Positions 1 through 8,115 of a DNA stretch of 32,000 nucleotides are shown here, piece by piece. The notes beneath the pieces are model-generated. The model had not been told where the DNA came from and ran no database searches. It worked only from the letters and a program-made list of their open reading frames with translations. Position 1 is the first letter of the stretch, and each line of letters starts with the position of its first letter. The stretch covers positions 1 to 32,000 of the forward strand of contig JAIPHU010000007.1 of NCBI GenBank assembly GCA_021735045.1, in the 5' to 3' direction. The DNA comes from Candidatus Omnitrophota bacterium. Lineage in GTDB: Bacteria > Omnitrophota > Gorgyraeia > Duberdicusellales > 4484-171. The translations under genes and the position numbers were made by a program.

Positions 1-317
1 TTAAATTTATCGGCCTGCCAGCGGCCTCTTAAAGTGATTAAATGTTTTTGACTGAGGCTAGAAATACTGCTTTTTTGCAGCCGAAACGATAGGTAATCTG
101 CGTTTACTTTTTCAATTTTTCCGTAAAGGATGAGGCTGGATTTGGGATAGTTTTTAGTTTTAGTAGTTTTTAAAACTAAGTTATGGTTTTTATCTAATTT
201 CCAGGTGCCGATGAGTTTAATTTTATCGGGTAAGTCTTGTTCTTTTTTCCACTTTGGTGGTTTATCTAGGATATAAATAAGATTATTGTTTTTATCTGTT
301 GTGAATAAACCTTTCAT
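1..317 (-). CDS. hypothetical protein, 3' end cut by window edge
   Basis: Open minus-strand frame from the ATG at 317-315 (MKGLFTTDKNNNLIYILDKPPKWKK...) runs to position 1 without a stop. It starts 5 nt after the stop of the upstream aminotransferase gene. It is not in the supplied ORF track and I recognise no family. Confidence 0.45.
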   Translation of the reverse strand, partial: MKGLFTTDKNNNLIYILDKPPKWKKEQDLPDKIKLIGTWKLDKNHNLVLKTTKTKNYPKSSLILYGKIEKVNADYLSFRLQKSSISSLSQKHLITLRGRWQADKF

Positions 318-322
318 CAGCG

Positions 323-1540
323 TTACTTTTTAAAAAAACTAAGAACTACTTTAATTACGTAATCTATTTTAGATTTTTCCATAAGCGGATAAATGGGCAG
401 GCTAACAACCTCTTTAATAACTTTATTAGTATTTTCCAACTTATAAGGAACTTTTGCCGTCTTAAAAGCTTTCATCTTATCGAGGCTGACTGGATAGTAG
501 CTTCTGGCAGAAATTCCTTTTGAATTCAAATAGCTGATAAATTTAGCTCTTGTTTTAGCAGAAACTTTTATAGTGTACAGGTGATAGACATGTGAACATG
601 GCATAGCGCATGGCGCATGGCGCATAGAGTTTAATATATTCTCAGAAATTCTTCTTTTCTTTACGCTATACTCTCTGCGCTTTGCGCTTTGCTCAGAAGG
701 TATCTGGATGTCTTTAATTGAAGAAAAGGCTTGATTATACTTTTGGGCGATTTGGATTCTTTTTTTATTGAAGGTATCAATATGTTTTAACTTCGCTAAT
801 AATACTGCGGCTTGAATTGAGTCTAGACGGGAATTGTAACCGCAGTAATCTGCTTTGTATGAGTCAGTTTGGCCATGGTTGCGTAAAACCTTGATTAATT
901 CAGCATCTTTTTTATTTTTTGCAGTAACCAAGCCGCCATCACCAAAACCACCGAGATTTTTAGAAGGGAAAAAACTAAAGGCGCCAAAATCTCCGATAGT
1001 ACCTAACTTCTTATTTCTAAAAGAAGCCCCGAAACTCTGTGCACAATCTTCTACAATAAATAATTTATTATCTTTAGCTATTTTTTTAATCGCAGCCATC
1101 TGGCAACTTCTACCATAAAGATGAACTGGAATAATGCCTACTGTGTTTTTAGTAATAGCTCTTTTAATATTTTCAGGGCTAATATTAAAAGAATCAGGGT
1201 CAATATCTACAAATACCGGTTTTGCTCCGGCCCTAATTATTACCTCTGCAGTTGCTAAAAAGGTAAAAGGCGTAGTTACAATTTCATCATCTTTATCAAA
1301 AAACTCTTTTTTCTTAAATTTTAAACAAGCGACACGTAAAGCAAGCAGCAATGCATCTGTACCGGAGGAAACCCCAATTGCATAGTTTATACCTAGATAT
1401 TTAGCAGCCTTTCTTTCAAATTTCTCTACCTTAGGCCCAAGCACCCATTGTTGACTGCTAAAACAATCTTTTAACTGCTTATCAACATCTTCCTTTAAGA
1501 ATTTATATTCTGGCTTTAAATCTAACAAAGGTACTTTCAC
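323..1540 (-). CDS. DegT/DnrJ/EryC1/StrS-family PLP-dependent sugar aminotransferase carrying a 32-codon in-frame insert
   Basis: 405-aa ORF with a GTG start at 1540 preceded by AAGG. Family-typical stretches are VPLLDLKPEY, GVSSGTDAL, SFFPSKNLGGFGDGG (Schiff-base Lys region) and HVYHLY. The insert is at 601-696. Confidence 0.9.
   Translation of the reverse strand: MKVPLLDLKPEYKFLKEDVDKQLKDCFSSQQWVLGPKVEKFERKAAKYLGINYAIGVSSGTDALLLALRVACLKFKKKEFFDKDDEIVTTPFTFLATAEVIIRAGAKPVFVDIDPDSFNISPENIKRAITKNTVGIIPVHLYGRSCQMAAIKKIAKDNKLFIVEDCAQSFGASFRNKKLGTIGDFGAFSFFPSKNLGGFGDGGLVTAKNKKDAELIKVLRNHGQTDSYKADYCGYNSRLDSIQAAVLLAKLKHIDTFNKKRIQIAQKYNQAFSSIKDIQIPSEQSAKRREYSVKKRRISENILNSMRHAPCAMPCSHVYHLYTIKVSAKTRAKFISYLNSKGISARSYYPVSLDKMKAFKTAKVPYKLENTNKVIKEVVSLPIYPLMEKSKIDYVIKVVLSFFKK
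601..696. repeat. word-built imperfect palindrome (GCGCATG heptads) lying in frame inside the DegT gene
   Basis: The arms at 601-629 and 671-696 pair around a 41-nt AT-rich loop, with mismatches at 625, 618 and 611 (7-nt spacing). The length is 96 nt, or 32 codons. G+C is clearly above that of the flanks. Confidence 0.75.
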
Positions 1541-1574
1541 TTTAACCTTTATCCTTTATCCTTTAACCTTAAAC
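1540..1574. repeat. five tandem heptamers CTTTAAC CTTTATC CTTTATC CTTTAAC CTTAAAC
   Basis: Read directly from the sequence. On the coding strand this is AAGGTTA/AAGGATA units. It spans the last codons and stop of the epimerase gene and the SD and start of the DegT gene. Confidence 0.8.
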
Positions 1575-2511
1575 GAAAGTAATCGACTGTTTTTTCTAGA
1601 CCTTCTTTAAAGTTAATTTTTGGTTGCCAATCTAATCCTTTTATAGCTTTACTAATATCGGCAAAAGTTTTCCTTACGTCACCAGGCCTAGGTTTTAGAT
1701 AGTCCGGCTTTAGGTCTTTTTTCGTTAAATCTTTTAAGAGTTTATAAAGCTGGTTTACTGAATAAGGGGCGCCTCCGGCAATATTAAAAACTTCCCCTCC
1801 AATATCATCTTTGGTCAAAGCCAAAATATTAGCTTCAACTACATTATCAATATAAGTAAAATCTCTTTCTTGCTGGCCGTCTCCATAAATCGGAGGGCTT
1901 TCATCGCTAAGTAAAGATGTTATGAATTTAGGAACTACTACTGCATAGCGATTCTCAAGCGATTGACGCGGGCCGAAAACATTAAAATAACGCAAACTAA
2001 CTACATCAACTCCATAAAGCTGGCTAAAAAGAGACCCGTAATGCTCATCCATCAATTTGGTTGCCGCATAAGGCGATACCGGTTTGGGAGAATCAGTCTC
2101 TTTTTCGGGAAAGTCAAAACGTTCGCCGTAAACTGAGCTGCTTGAGGCAAAAACTATTTTTTTTATCCCTTTCTCTTTGGCTTTTAAGAATAATTTTAAA
2201 GTCCCGGTAACATTAACCTCATGAAATTCAAAGGGGCTCTCAACTGATTTGGGTACGCTGCGTAAAGCCGCCTGATGACAAATTAAATCAATACCTTCTA
2301 AGGATTCTTCTAAAGCTAAATCATCAGTTAAACTTTTTTCGATAAATTTGATTTTATCTAAATTATCTTTTATATTTTCTAATTTGCCGGTTATTAAATT
2401 ATCTAAAACAGTAACTTCTGCACCTAATTCAATTAATCTATCTACAATATGGGAACCAATAAACCCCGCCCCACCGGTAACTAACACTTTCTTGTCTTTT
2501 AATTCTTCCAC
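1549..2511 (-). CDS. NAD-dependent sugar epimerase/dehydratase (extended SDR; WbpP/TviC-like UDP-N-acetylhexosamine 4-epimerase suspected)
   Basis: 320 aa with an N-terminal Rossmann VTGGAGFIGS, LDNLITG, and the catalytic YAATK (YxxxK). It is adjacent to a hexosamine-type nucleotide-sugar dehydrogenase. The substrate assignment is inference. Confidence 0.88.
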   Translation of the reverse strand: MEELKDKKVLVTGGAGFIGSHIVDRLIELGAEVTVLDNLITGKLENIKDNLDKIKFIEKSLTDDLALEESLEGIDLICHQAALRSVPKSVESPFEFHEVNVTGTLKLFLKAKEKGIKKIVFASSSSVYGERFDFPEKETDSPKPVSPYAATKLMDEHYGSLFSQLYGVDVVSLRYFNVFGPRQSLENRYAVVVPKFITSLLSDESPPIYGDGQQERDFTYIDNVVEANILALTKDDIGGEVFNIAGGAPYSVNQLYKLLKDLTKKDLKPDYLKPRPGDVRKTFADISKAIKGLDWQPKINFKEGLEKTVDYFRLRLKDKG

Positions 2512-2514
2512 AAC

Positions 2515-3813
2515 TTAAAGCCTCTTAACATTTTTATAATCTTTTTTGTAAACATTTCTGGTATCAAATATTAATTTTGCGTTTTTTCTAATCCTTTGAT
2601 AGTCAACCCCTTTATGGCCGGTAACCACAACTACGCAATCATATTTTTTTAAATTTTTAATGCTAATAGATGCCCTCTTTAAATTAATACTGCTAACCTT
2701 TAGATAAGGAACTAAAGGGTCGTAATAATCTACTTTTATTTTTCTTTTTTGCAATTTTTCAATAATATCTAAGGCCGGAGATTCTCTTAGGTCTTTTACA
2801 TCTTTTTTATAAGTTACCCCTAAGATTAAAATTTTAGAATTATTTATTTTTTTCTTGCCTAAAGCTTTATCTACCCGCTTGATTACATAATCAGGCATAA
2901 AGTGATCGATATAAGAAGCTAAATCAATCATTTTAGTTTTAAACCCCATCTTTTTTGATTTCCAGGATAAAAACTTGGGATCAGTAGGAATACAATGCCC
3001 GCCGATACCCGGGCCGGGATAAAAAGGCATAAAACCAAATGGCTTTGTTTTTGCCGCCTCAATTACCTCCCAAATACTTATCCCCAGCTTCTCAGCCACT
3101 ATGGTAAATTCTAAGATTAAAGCAATATTAACTAACCTGTAGGTGTTTTCAAGCAGTTTAGAAGTTTCAGCCACCTCAGGACTTGAGACCGAATGAACTT
3201 CTTTTATTATCTTAGAATAAAGGCTCTTTGCCAGCTTAGTTGACCTAGAAGATAGGCCTCCCACTAGTTTAGGTATCTTTGTGACAGGATGTTTTTTATC
3301 ACCTGGGCTTACTCTTTCCGGAGAAAAACACAAAAAGAAATCTTTTTCTTCTACCAAACCGCTCTTTTTTAACTCTGGCAATACCACTTCTCTGGTTGTA
3401 GTAGGGTAAGAAGTACTTTCTAAAATAATTAACTGGCCTTTTTTTATATATTTTTTAATAGTTTTGGAAGCTTTTTTTACAAAGGATATATCCGGAGTTT
3501 TTACTTTTCGCAGTGGAGTAGGTACACATATAATAATAATATCAGCTTTTCCTATACACCTTTCATCCTTAATAGGCATAAATTTATTCTTTTTAATTAG
3601 TTTCAAAGGCTGATTTGATTCTATATCGGCAATATATTTTTTTCCTTTCTCAAGGCGTTTTATCCGCTTACTATTGGTATCATATCCATAGACAAAAAAA
3701 TTCTTTTTAGCAAAATTTACCACCAAAGGCAACCCCACATAACCTAGGCCGATTATGCAAATTTTTGCTCTCTTTTTGTCTATTTTCGCTTTTAGCTGTT
3801 TGTAGTTATTCAT
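2515..3813 (-). CDS. nucleotide-sugar 6-dehydrogenase (WbpO/TviB/WecC-like UDP-N-acetylhexosamine dehydrogenase)
   Basis: 432 aa with an N-terminal IIGLGYVGLP Rossmann fold and the catalytic-Cys motif GIGGHCIPTDP, typical of the UDP-glucose/GDP-mannose dehydrogenase family. It lies 3 nt upstream of the epimerase gene. Confidence 0.85.
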   Translation of the reverse strand: MNNYKQLKAKIDKKRAKICIIGLGYVGLPLVVNFAKKNFFVYGYDTNSKRIKRLEKGKKYIADIESNQPLKLIKKNKFMPIKDERCIGKADIIIICVPTPLRKVKTPDISFVKKASKTIKKYIKKGQLIILESTSYPTTTREVVLPELKKSGLVEEKDFFLCFSPERVSPGDKKHPVTKIPKLVGGLSSRSTKLAKSLYSKIIKEVHSVSSPEVAETSKLLENTYRLVNIALILEFTIVAEKLGISIWEVIEAAKTKPFGFMPFYPGPGIGGHCIPTDPKFLSWKSKKMGFKTKMIDLASYIDHFMPDYVIKRVDKALGKKKINNSKILILGVTYKKDVKDLRESPALDIIEKLQKRKIKVDYYDPLVPYLKVSSINLKRASISIKNLKKYDCVVVVTGHKGVDYQRIRKNAKLIFDTRNVYKKDYKNVKRL

Positions 3814-3827
3814 TTTTGGTTAATGGA

Positions 3828-5999
3828 TTAATACGAGGATTTTGCCCCGTCGAAGGTCTGGTCAAAGCCTACATTTATATCCGGATAAGCTTTAAGCCTA
3901 AAGGCCAACCAAAACGTTAAGTCTTTTCCACCTTCATCTTGACGGTCTAGATATACACCTACATCCATCCACCAGCAATGAAGGTCAACTCTAAAAGCAT
4001 ACTCCTGTCTTTCTAGGTCACCGGTTGAATATTCATAACGCATATAGTTTTTAAACTGTAGCTTAGGGGTTAAGTTATAAGTAAAATCTAGAGTACCTTG
4101 TGAATCCTCCCCTTTATAATAACGATGCCCCAGAGCCACCGAATACCTGGACTCATCTTTTATCTCATCTTCATATTGGATTGGTACAGTCTCTTGACTC
4201 TTAAAAGTTAAATCCGCATTAATTTCTTTAAACGCGTCTTGGGTAAAATTATATTCGACATCAGAGTTAAAGGAAATCTTTTTTATTGGATATATCTCTA
4301 GGTCAGCTTTTGCATTATCAAAATGGCTGCCGATACCGCCTTCATCATTTATCCGGTATTCAACTGACGGAGAAAAATATAAAAAATCCCAGGTTCTTTG
4401 CTCGTTTTTTGCCTGCAATTTATTTTTAAGGCGAAAGATAATACTTTCTTTACGTTCCAGGTCATCCTCGTCATCAAATTGAAATAAATTATTATTTGAA
4501 ACTGTTGGATCATGAATATAGTTATATTCAATCTCAGGAGTTAAAACATGGCGCATTTCATCTATATCTTGGCCAAAAAAACTAAAAGAATAATCTAGGT
4601 TCTTATACAACTTTGTATTTAAAGTTATCCCCATAGTAGGCGCTACCCTTAAGATATTATCCTTGCCAAACTTATTACGAGAATAATAACTGGTATAAGC
4701 TCCCAGATAAGGATTAATTGAAAGCCAAGCTATTCTATCTTGATAACTTAATATATTTTCAGAATAAATCCGAAAAGCATCGTTGGTTTCACCAGAGTCA
4801 GCTGTGGTGTCTCTTAAGTTGCCTAGCTTATCAATTGATTCAAAATAAAATTTACTTTTACCTAATTTTTGCCGGTAAAAATTATATTCTAGCTGAGGTA
4901 GGTATTCGGATTCATCAAAAAAACGATTTACCCTTTTTTGAACAAATAAAGAAAGACTTGAATTATTAAAAGAATAGGTGGTAAGTAAGTAACTCTCCGG
5001 CTCCGGTTCTATATCAAATTCTTGCTCAAAGAAATCTTTCATAAAATACTTATCTGAAAACTTATGGAACTCACTGGTTACCGAGAGCCTGTTTGTAGGC
5101 TGCCAACTATAGGAAAATTGAGCTTTATACCGGTCATCTTCGAAATCAGAGTCATTTTTTCTTTCCGGATAATCATCAAAAAGCTCTGACCTGTTTTCTA
5201 ATTTATAAAGATCATCCTTAATTCTATAATATTTAATTAAAGCTTTTCCGTAATCTTTACTTTCAAACTTATGGTTTATTCCTGTACCCAAGCCTCTATC
5301 TTGATACCAATCAAAACTAACTTTACCTTTATTATTTTCATCTAAACTATAGCGCCAACGGGTAAGCATATAGTAACCCCAATCACTATTTTTCCCCGGA
5401 ATAACTTCAACCGGAAAAGATTTATCTTTCAGGCTTTGGGAAAAATAAGGAATATAGAAAATAGGAAAATCCCCTACTTTCAGCACCATATTCTTAGCTA
5501 CTACTTTTTGGCCCGGATAGATAATTATTTTTTTGGCAACTAGCCTATAGTGAGGGTCTTCTAGGTCACAAGTTGTAACATAGCCCTTATTTAATACATA
5601 CTTATCTTTTTTTTCTTTTTTGACTTGATCGGCCTGGCCATGAAAGGGCGGTTGGGTTATCTTTACTCTTTCTATATCAGCTTTCATGGTATTGAAATCA
5701 TAAACCACGTCTTGGCCATAAGCTGTAGAGCCTTCTCTTTCTATCTTTACATCACCGATTATATGAGCCTTATTACTTTCAGCATCATAGGTGGCCTTAT
5801 CACAATAGACCTTAACGTCTTTATATTCCATAGTTACGTTACCCTCAGCTACTATCTTGCGTTGCTGCTGGAGATAGTTTATCTGGTCGGCATTAATTGT
5901 AACCGGAAGAGGCCTTTCTTGAGCCAAGGCAAATAAGGAAAGAAAACTAAAAAAGATAGTAAAAATTAAAGAAAAAAGCTGTATTGGCTTTATTTTCAT
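3828..5999 (-). CDS. lptD: LPS-assembly outer-membrane protein LptD (OstA family)
   Basis: 723 aa with a signal peptide MKIKPIQLFSLIFTIFFSFLSLFALAQE. An OstA-like N-terminal region follows (VTINADQINY...AEGNVTMEYKDVKVYCDKATYD...IIGDVKI). The C-terminal part is long, aromatic-rich and beta-barrel-like, ending in ...GAKSSY. Confidence 0.75.
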   Translation of the reverse strand: MKIKPIQLFSLIFTIFFSFLSLFALAQERPLPVTINADQINYLQQQRKIVAEGNVTMEYKDVKVYCDKATYDAESNKAHIIGDVKIEREGSTAYGQDVVYDFNTMKADIERVKITQPPFHGQADQVKKEKKDKYVLNKGYVTTCDLEDPHYRLVAKKIIIYPGQKVVAKNMVLKVGDFPIFYIPYFSQSLKDKSFPVEVIPGKNSDWGYYMLTRWRYSLDENNKGKVSFDWYQDRGLGTGINHKFESKDYGKALIKYYRIKDDLYKLENRSELFDDYPERKNDSDFEDDRYKAQFSYSWQPTNRLSVTSEFHKFSDKYFMKDFFEQEFDIEPEPESYLLTTYSFNNSSLSLFVQKRVNRFFDESEYLPQLEYNFYRQKLGKSKFYFESIDKLGNLRDTTADSGETNDAFRIYSENILSYQDRIAWLSINPYLGAYTSYYSRNKFGKDNILRVAPTMGITLNTKLYKNLDYSFSFFGQDIDEMRHVLTPEIEYNYIHDPTVSNNNLFQFDDEDDLERKESIIFRLKNKLQAKNEQRTWDFLYFSPSVEYRINDEGGIGSHFDNAKADLEIYPIKKISFNSDVEYNFTQDAFKEINADLTFKSQETVPIQYEDEIKDESRYSVALGHRYYKGEDSQGTLDFTYNLTPKLQFKNYMRYEYSTGDLERQEYAFRVDLHCWWMDVGVYLDRQDEGGKDLTFWLAFRLKAYPDINVGFDQTFDGAKSSY

Positions 6000-6077
6000 A
6001 TATTAAATCGAAATCTTTCTAAATTATTATTATTTTATCATATAAAGAAAAAATAATCTATTTATAACTACGCCTTT

Positions 6078-6737
6078 TTATTCTTGATCTAACTTTTTCT
6101 TTAGCTTATCCCAGTCAGCCAAAAATCTTTTAATCCCGATATCGGTAAGCGGGTGTTTCATCAATTTTTCAATAACTGCAAAAGGAACAGTGGCAATATC
6201 GGCGCCAATTCTAGCAGCTTCTAAAAAGTGAATCGGATGCCTGATAGAGGCAACTATAATTTCGGTATCAATCCCAAAGTTATTATAAATTGTTTTAATA
6301 TCAGCTACTAAATCCATTCCCTCGGCTGAAATATCATCAAGCCTGCCCACAAAAGGGGAAACAAAAGTCGCTCCAGCTTTTGCTACCAATAATGCTTGTG
6401 AAGCAGAAAAACAAAGAGTAAGGTTTGTTTTTATTCCAGCTAAAGAAAGTTCTTTAGTTGTAGCAAGGCCTTCGGTGGTACAAGGTACCTTAATTACAAT
6501 ATTTGAAGCAATTTTAGCTAACTCTTTAGCTTCTTTAACCATCCCTTCCTTTTCTAAGCTGGTAACTTCAGCACTAACCGGGCCTTTAACTACTTCAACT
6601 ATTTTTTTAAGTTGATCGATGGGTTCACTACCTTCCCTAGATAAAAGAGTTGGATTGGTGGTAACCCCATCTAAGACCCCATAAGAATGAGCTTTTTTAA
6701 TTTGTTCTAAATTTGCCGTATCGATAAATAACTTCAT
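6078..6737 (-). CDS. tal: transaldolase / fructose-6-phosphate aldolase (short subfamily)
   Basis: 219 aa with [19 protein letters not shown] and IVIKVPCT (Schiff-base Lys context), typical of the roughly 220-aa Tal/Fsa class. A strong SD AAGGAGGT lies upstream. Confidence 0.9.
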   Translation of the reverse strand: MKLFIDTANLEQIKKAHSYGVLDGVTTNPTLLSREGSEPIDQLKKIVEVVKGPVSAEVTSLEKEGMVKEAKELAKIASNIVIKVPCTTEGLATTKELSLAGIKTNLTLCFSASQALLVAKAGATFVSPFVGRLDDISAEGMDLVADIKTIYNNFGIDTEIIVASIRHPIHFLEAARIGADIATVPFAVIEKLMKHPLTDIGIKRFLADWDKLKKKLDQE

Positions 6738-6769
6738 CCTTTAACCTCCTTAATATAAAATAAGATTCA

Positions 6770-6798
6770 CACAGATAAAAAAAGATATACACAGATAA
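6770..6798. repeat. two exact CACAGATAA 9-mers, 20 nt apart, in the ROK|tal spacer
   Basis: CACAGATAA occurs at 6770-6778 and 6790-6798. The reverse complement TTATCTGTG(T) is tandem at 7945-7961, on the other side of the ROK gene. Confidence 0.7.
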
Positions 6799-6799
6799 T

Positions 6800-7774
6800 T
6801 TAATCTTTCCTAACTACTAAACTTTCCTTTGCTAACAGGCCTGCACCGATTATTCCGGCATTTTTTAGTTTGGCTTTCCGGAGTTTAAGGCCTTCTAAAT
6901 TCGGCCACATTGCTTGCTCTTTTATAACTGAAATTAGATAAGGCCTAAACAATTTATAGGCACCAGATACTCCTCCGCCTAAAATTATTGCCTGAGGATT
7001 AAAAATATTTACCATTCCGGCTAAAAAGCGGCCTAGATAAAAAGAAAACTCTTTCCAAATACAAATTGCATTTTTTTCGCCTTTTAGGCCGCGCTGATAG
7101 ATATCTTTTACTCCTTCGACTCCCTTGATGGTTCGACTGCGCTCACCAGTTGGTCGCTCAGGACTCCGCTCACTTCGTTCGCTTCGTTCCTTTTTAACAA
7201 GCTTATTATATCTTTTAACTAAATAGCTATTTCCCACAAAAGTTTCAATACAGCCGTAGTTTCCACATCCGCAACGGTTCTTTTTTAAACTTATGGGAAA
7301 ATGGCCTAACTCTAAAGCACTAGTTTTTCTGCGTAAGATTTGCTGATCAAAGATAACTGAACTGCCCAAACCTGTCCCTAAGGTAAGAAAAATTGCCCGG
7401 CTTAAATTCTTACCGGCTCCTAAGCGAGCTTCGGCTAAAGCAAAAACATTAGCATCGTTATCAACTGATACAGGAATTTTTACTTTTTTCTCTAAAGATT
7501 TCTTTAAAGGGAACTTCTTCCAGCCTAAAATATTAGGTAGATAGTAGATAAAACCTTTTTCTATATTAATAATCCCTGGAGCACCGATTCCTATTGCTTT
7601 AACTTTGTATTTTTTGAAACTAGCTAATAAGGAAACTATCTCCGAAATAAAAAACTCTTTTTCTCTTAACTTGCTGGAAGAATATACTTTTTTAGCCAAT
7701 ATTTTGCCTTTTGAGTCTATAACCCCAGCTTTTATATATGTACCGCCCCAATCAATCCCAAGGTATGTGCTCAT
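6800..7774 (-). CDS. ROK-family sugar kinase (glucokinase-like) with a GC-rich in-frame repeat tract
   Basis: 324 aa with the N-terminal ATP motif GIDWGGT, DNDANV, and the ROK Zn/Cys signature GHFPI...CGCGNYGCIE. An atypical ERSERSERSPERPTGERSRT segment is encoded at about 7113-7190. Confidence 0.82.
   Translation of the reverse strand: MSTYLGIDWGGTYIKAGVIDSKGKILAKKVYSSSKLREKEFFISEIVSLLASFKKYKVKAIGIGAPGIINIEKGFIYYLPNILGWKKFPLKKSLEKKVKIPVSVDNDANVFALAEARLGAGKNLSRAIFLTLGTGLGSSVIFDQQILRRKTSALELGHFPISLKKNRCGCGNYGCIETFVGNSYLVKRYNKLVKKERSERSERSPERPTGERSRTIKGVEGVKDIYQRGLKGEKNAICIWKEFSFYLGRFLAGMVNIFNPQAIILGGGVSGAYKLFRPYLISVIKEQAMWPNLEGLKLRKAKLKNAGIIGAGLLAKESLVVRKD
7113..7190. repeat. GC-rich in-frame repeat tract inside the ROK kinase gene
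   Basis: The coding strand reads GAACGAAGC GAACGAAGT GAGCGGAGT (a 9-nt period giving ERS ERS ERS), followed by repeated GAGCG and GTCGAA words. G+C is far above that of the surrounding gene. Confidence 0.7.
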
Positions 7775-7860
7775 AACTAATTCCTCTTATATTTATTGTA
7801 TTTTGTACTATTAAAAAGTTTATAACAGTATATCCTAAAACAACTATTTTTCAACCAAAA

Positions 7861-7998
7861 CCACAGAATCCGTTTCATTTCATTCTAATGCAACAAAACA
7901 GGTTCAAACAAAAATGTTGCATAAGGCTACAAAAAAATTCTATTTTATCTGTGTTATCTGTAAAACATGCAATTAACTGTATTCTGTGACTTCTGTGG
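7861..7998. repeat. word-repeat/fold-back tract downstream of tRNA-Pro (CACAGAA/CACAGATAA words)
   Basis: CCACAGAAT at 7861-7869 is complementary to ATTCTGTG/TTCTGTGG at 7981-7998. An inner hairpin pairs ATGCAAC (7888-7894) with GTTGCAT (7916-7922). TTATCTGTG and TTATCTGT are tandem at 7945-7961. Confidence 0.6.
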
Positions 7999-8001
7999 TA
8001 C

Positions 8002-8075
8002 TCGGGAGGGCGGGATTCGAACCCGCGACCTCTGCGTCCCGAACGCAGCGCGCTGCCAAGCTGCGCTACCTCCCG
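8002..8075 (-). tRNA. tRNA-Pro (anticodon CGG)
   Basis: 74-nt cloverleaf folded by hand from CGGGAGG TA GCGC AGCTTGGCA GCGC G CTGCG TTCGGGA CGCAG AGGTC GCGGG TTCGAAT CCCGC CCTCCCG A. It has a 7-bp acceptor stem, a GTTCGAATC T-loop, U33 and G37. CCA is not encoded. Confidence 0.92.
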
Positions 8076-8115
8076 ATAAACATGAAATTATTTAGAGTAT
8101 ACCTTAATGTTTATC

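Noticed and set aside
4349-4531. Same-strand internal ORFs in alternative frames (4349-4531 inside lptD; 12074-12259 inside trpB).
   Set aside because: Both are fully embedded out of frame in strongly supported genes. They are short, have no SD, and their composition is implausible.
6770-7961. CACAGATAA/TTATCTGTG words as DnaA boxes (a replication-origin signal).
   Set aside because: The DnaA box consensus is TTATCCACA. TTATCTGTG differs in the critical CACA half. No dnaA or dnaN gene, AT-rich unwinding element or box cluster is nearby.
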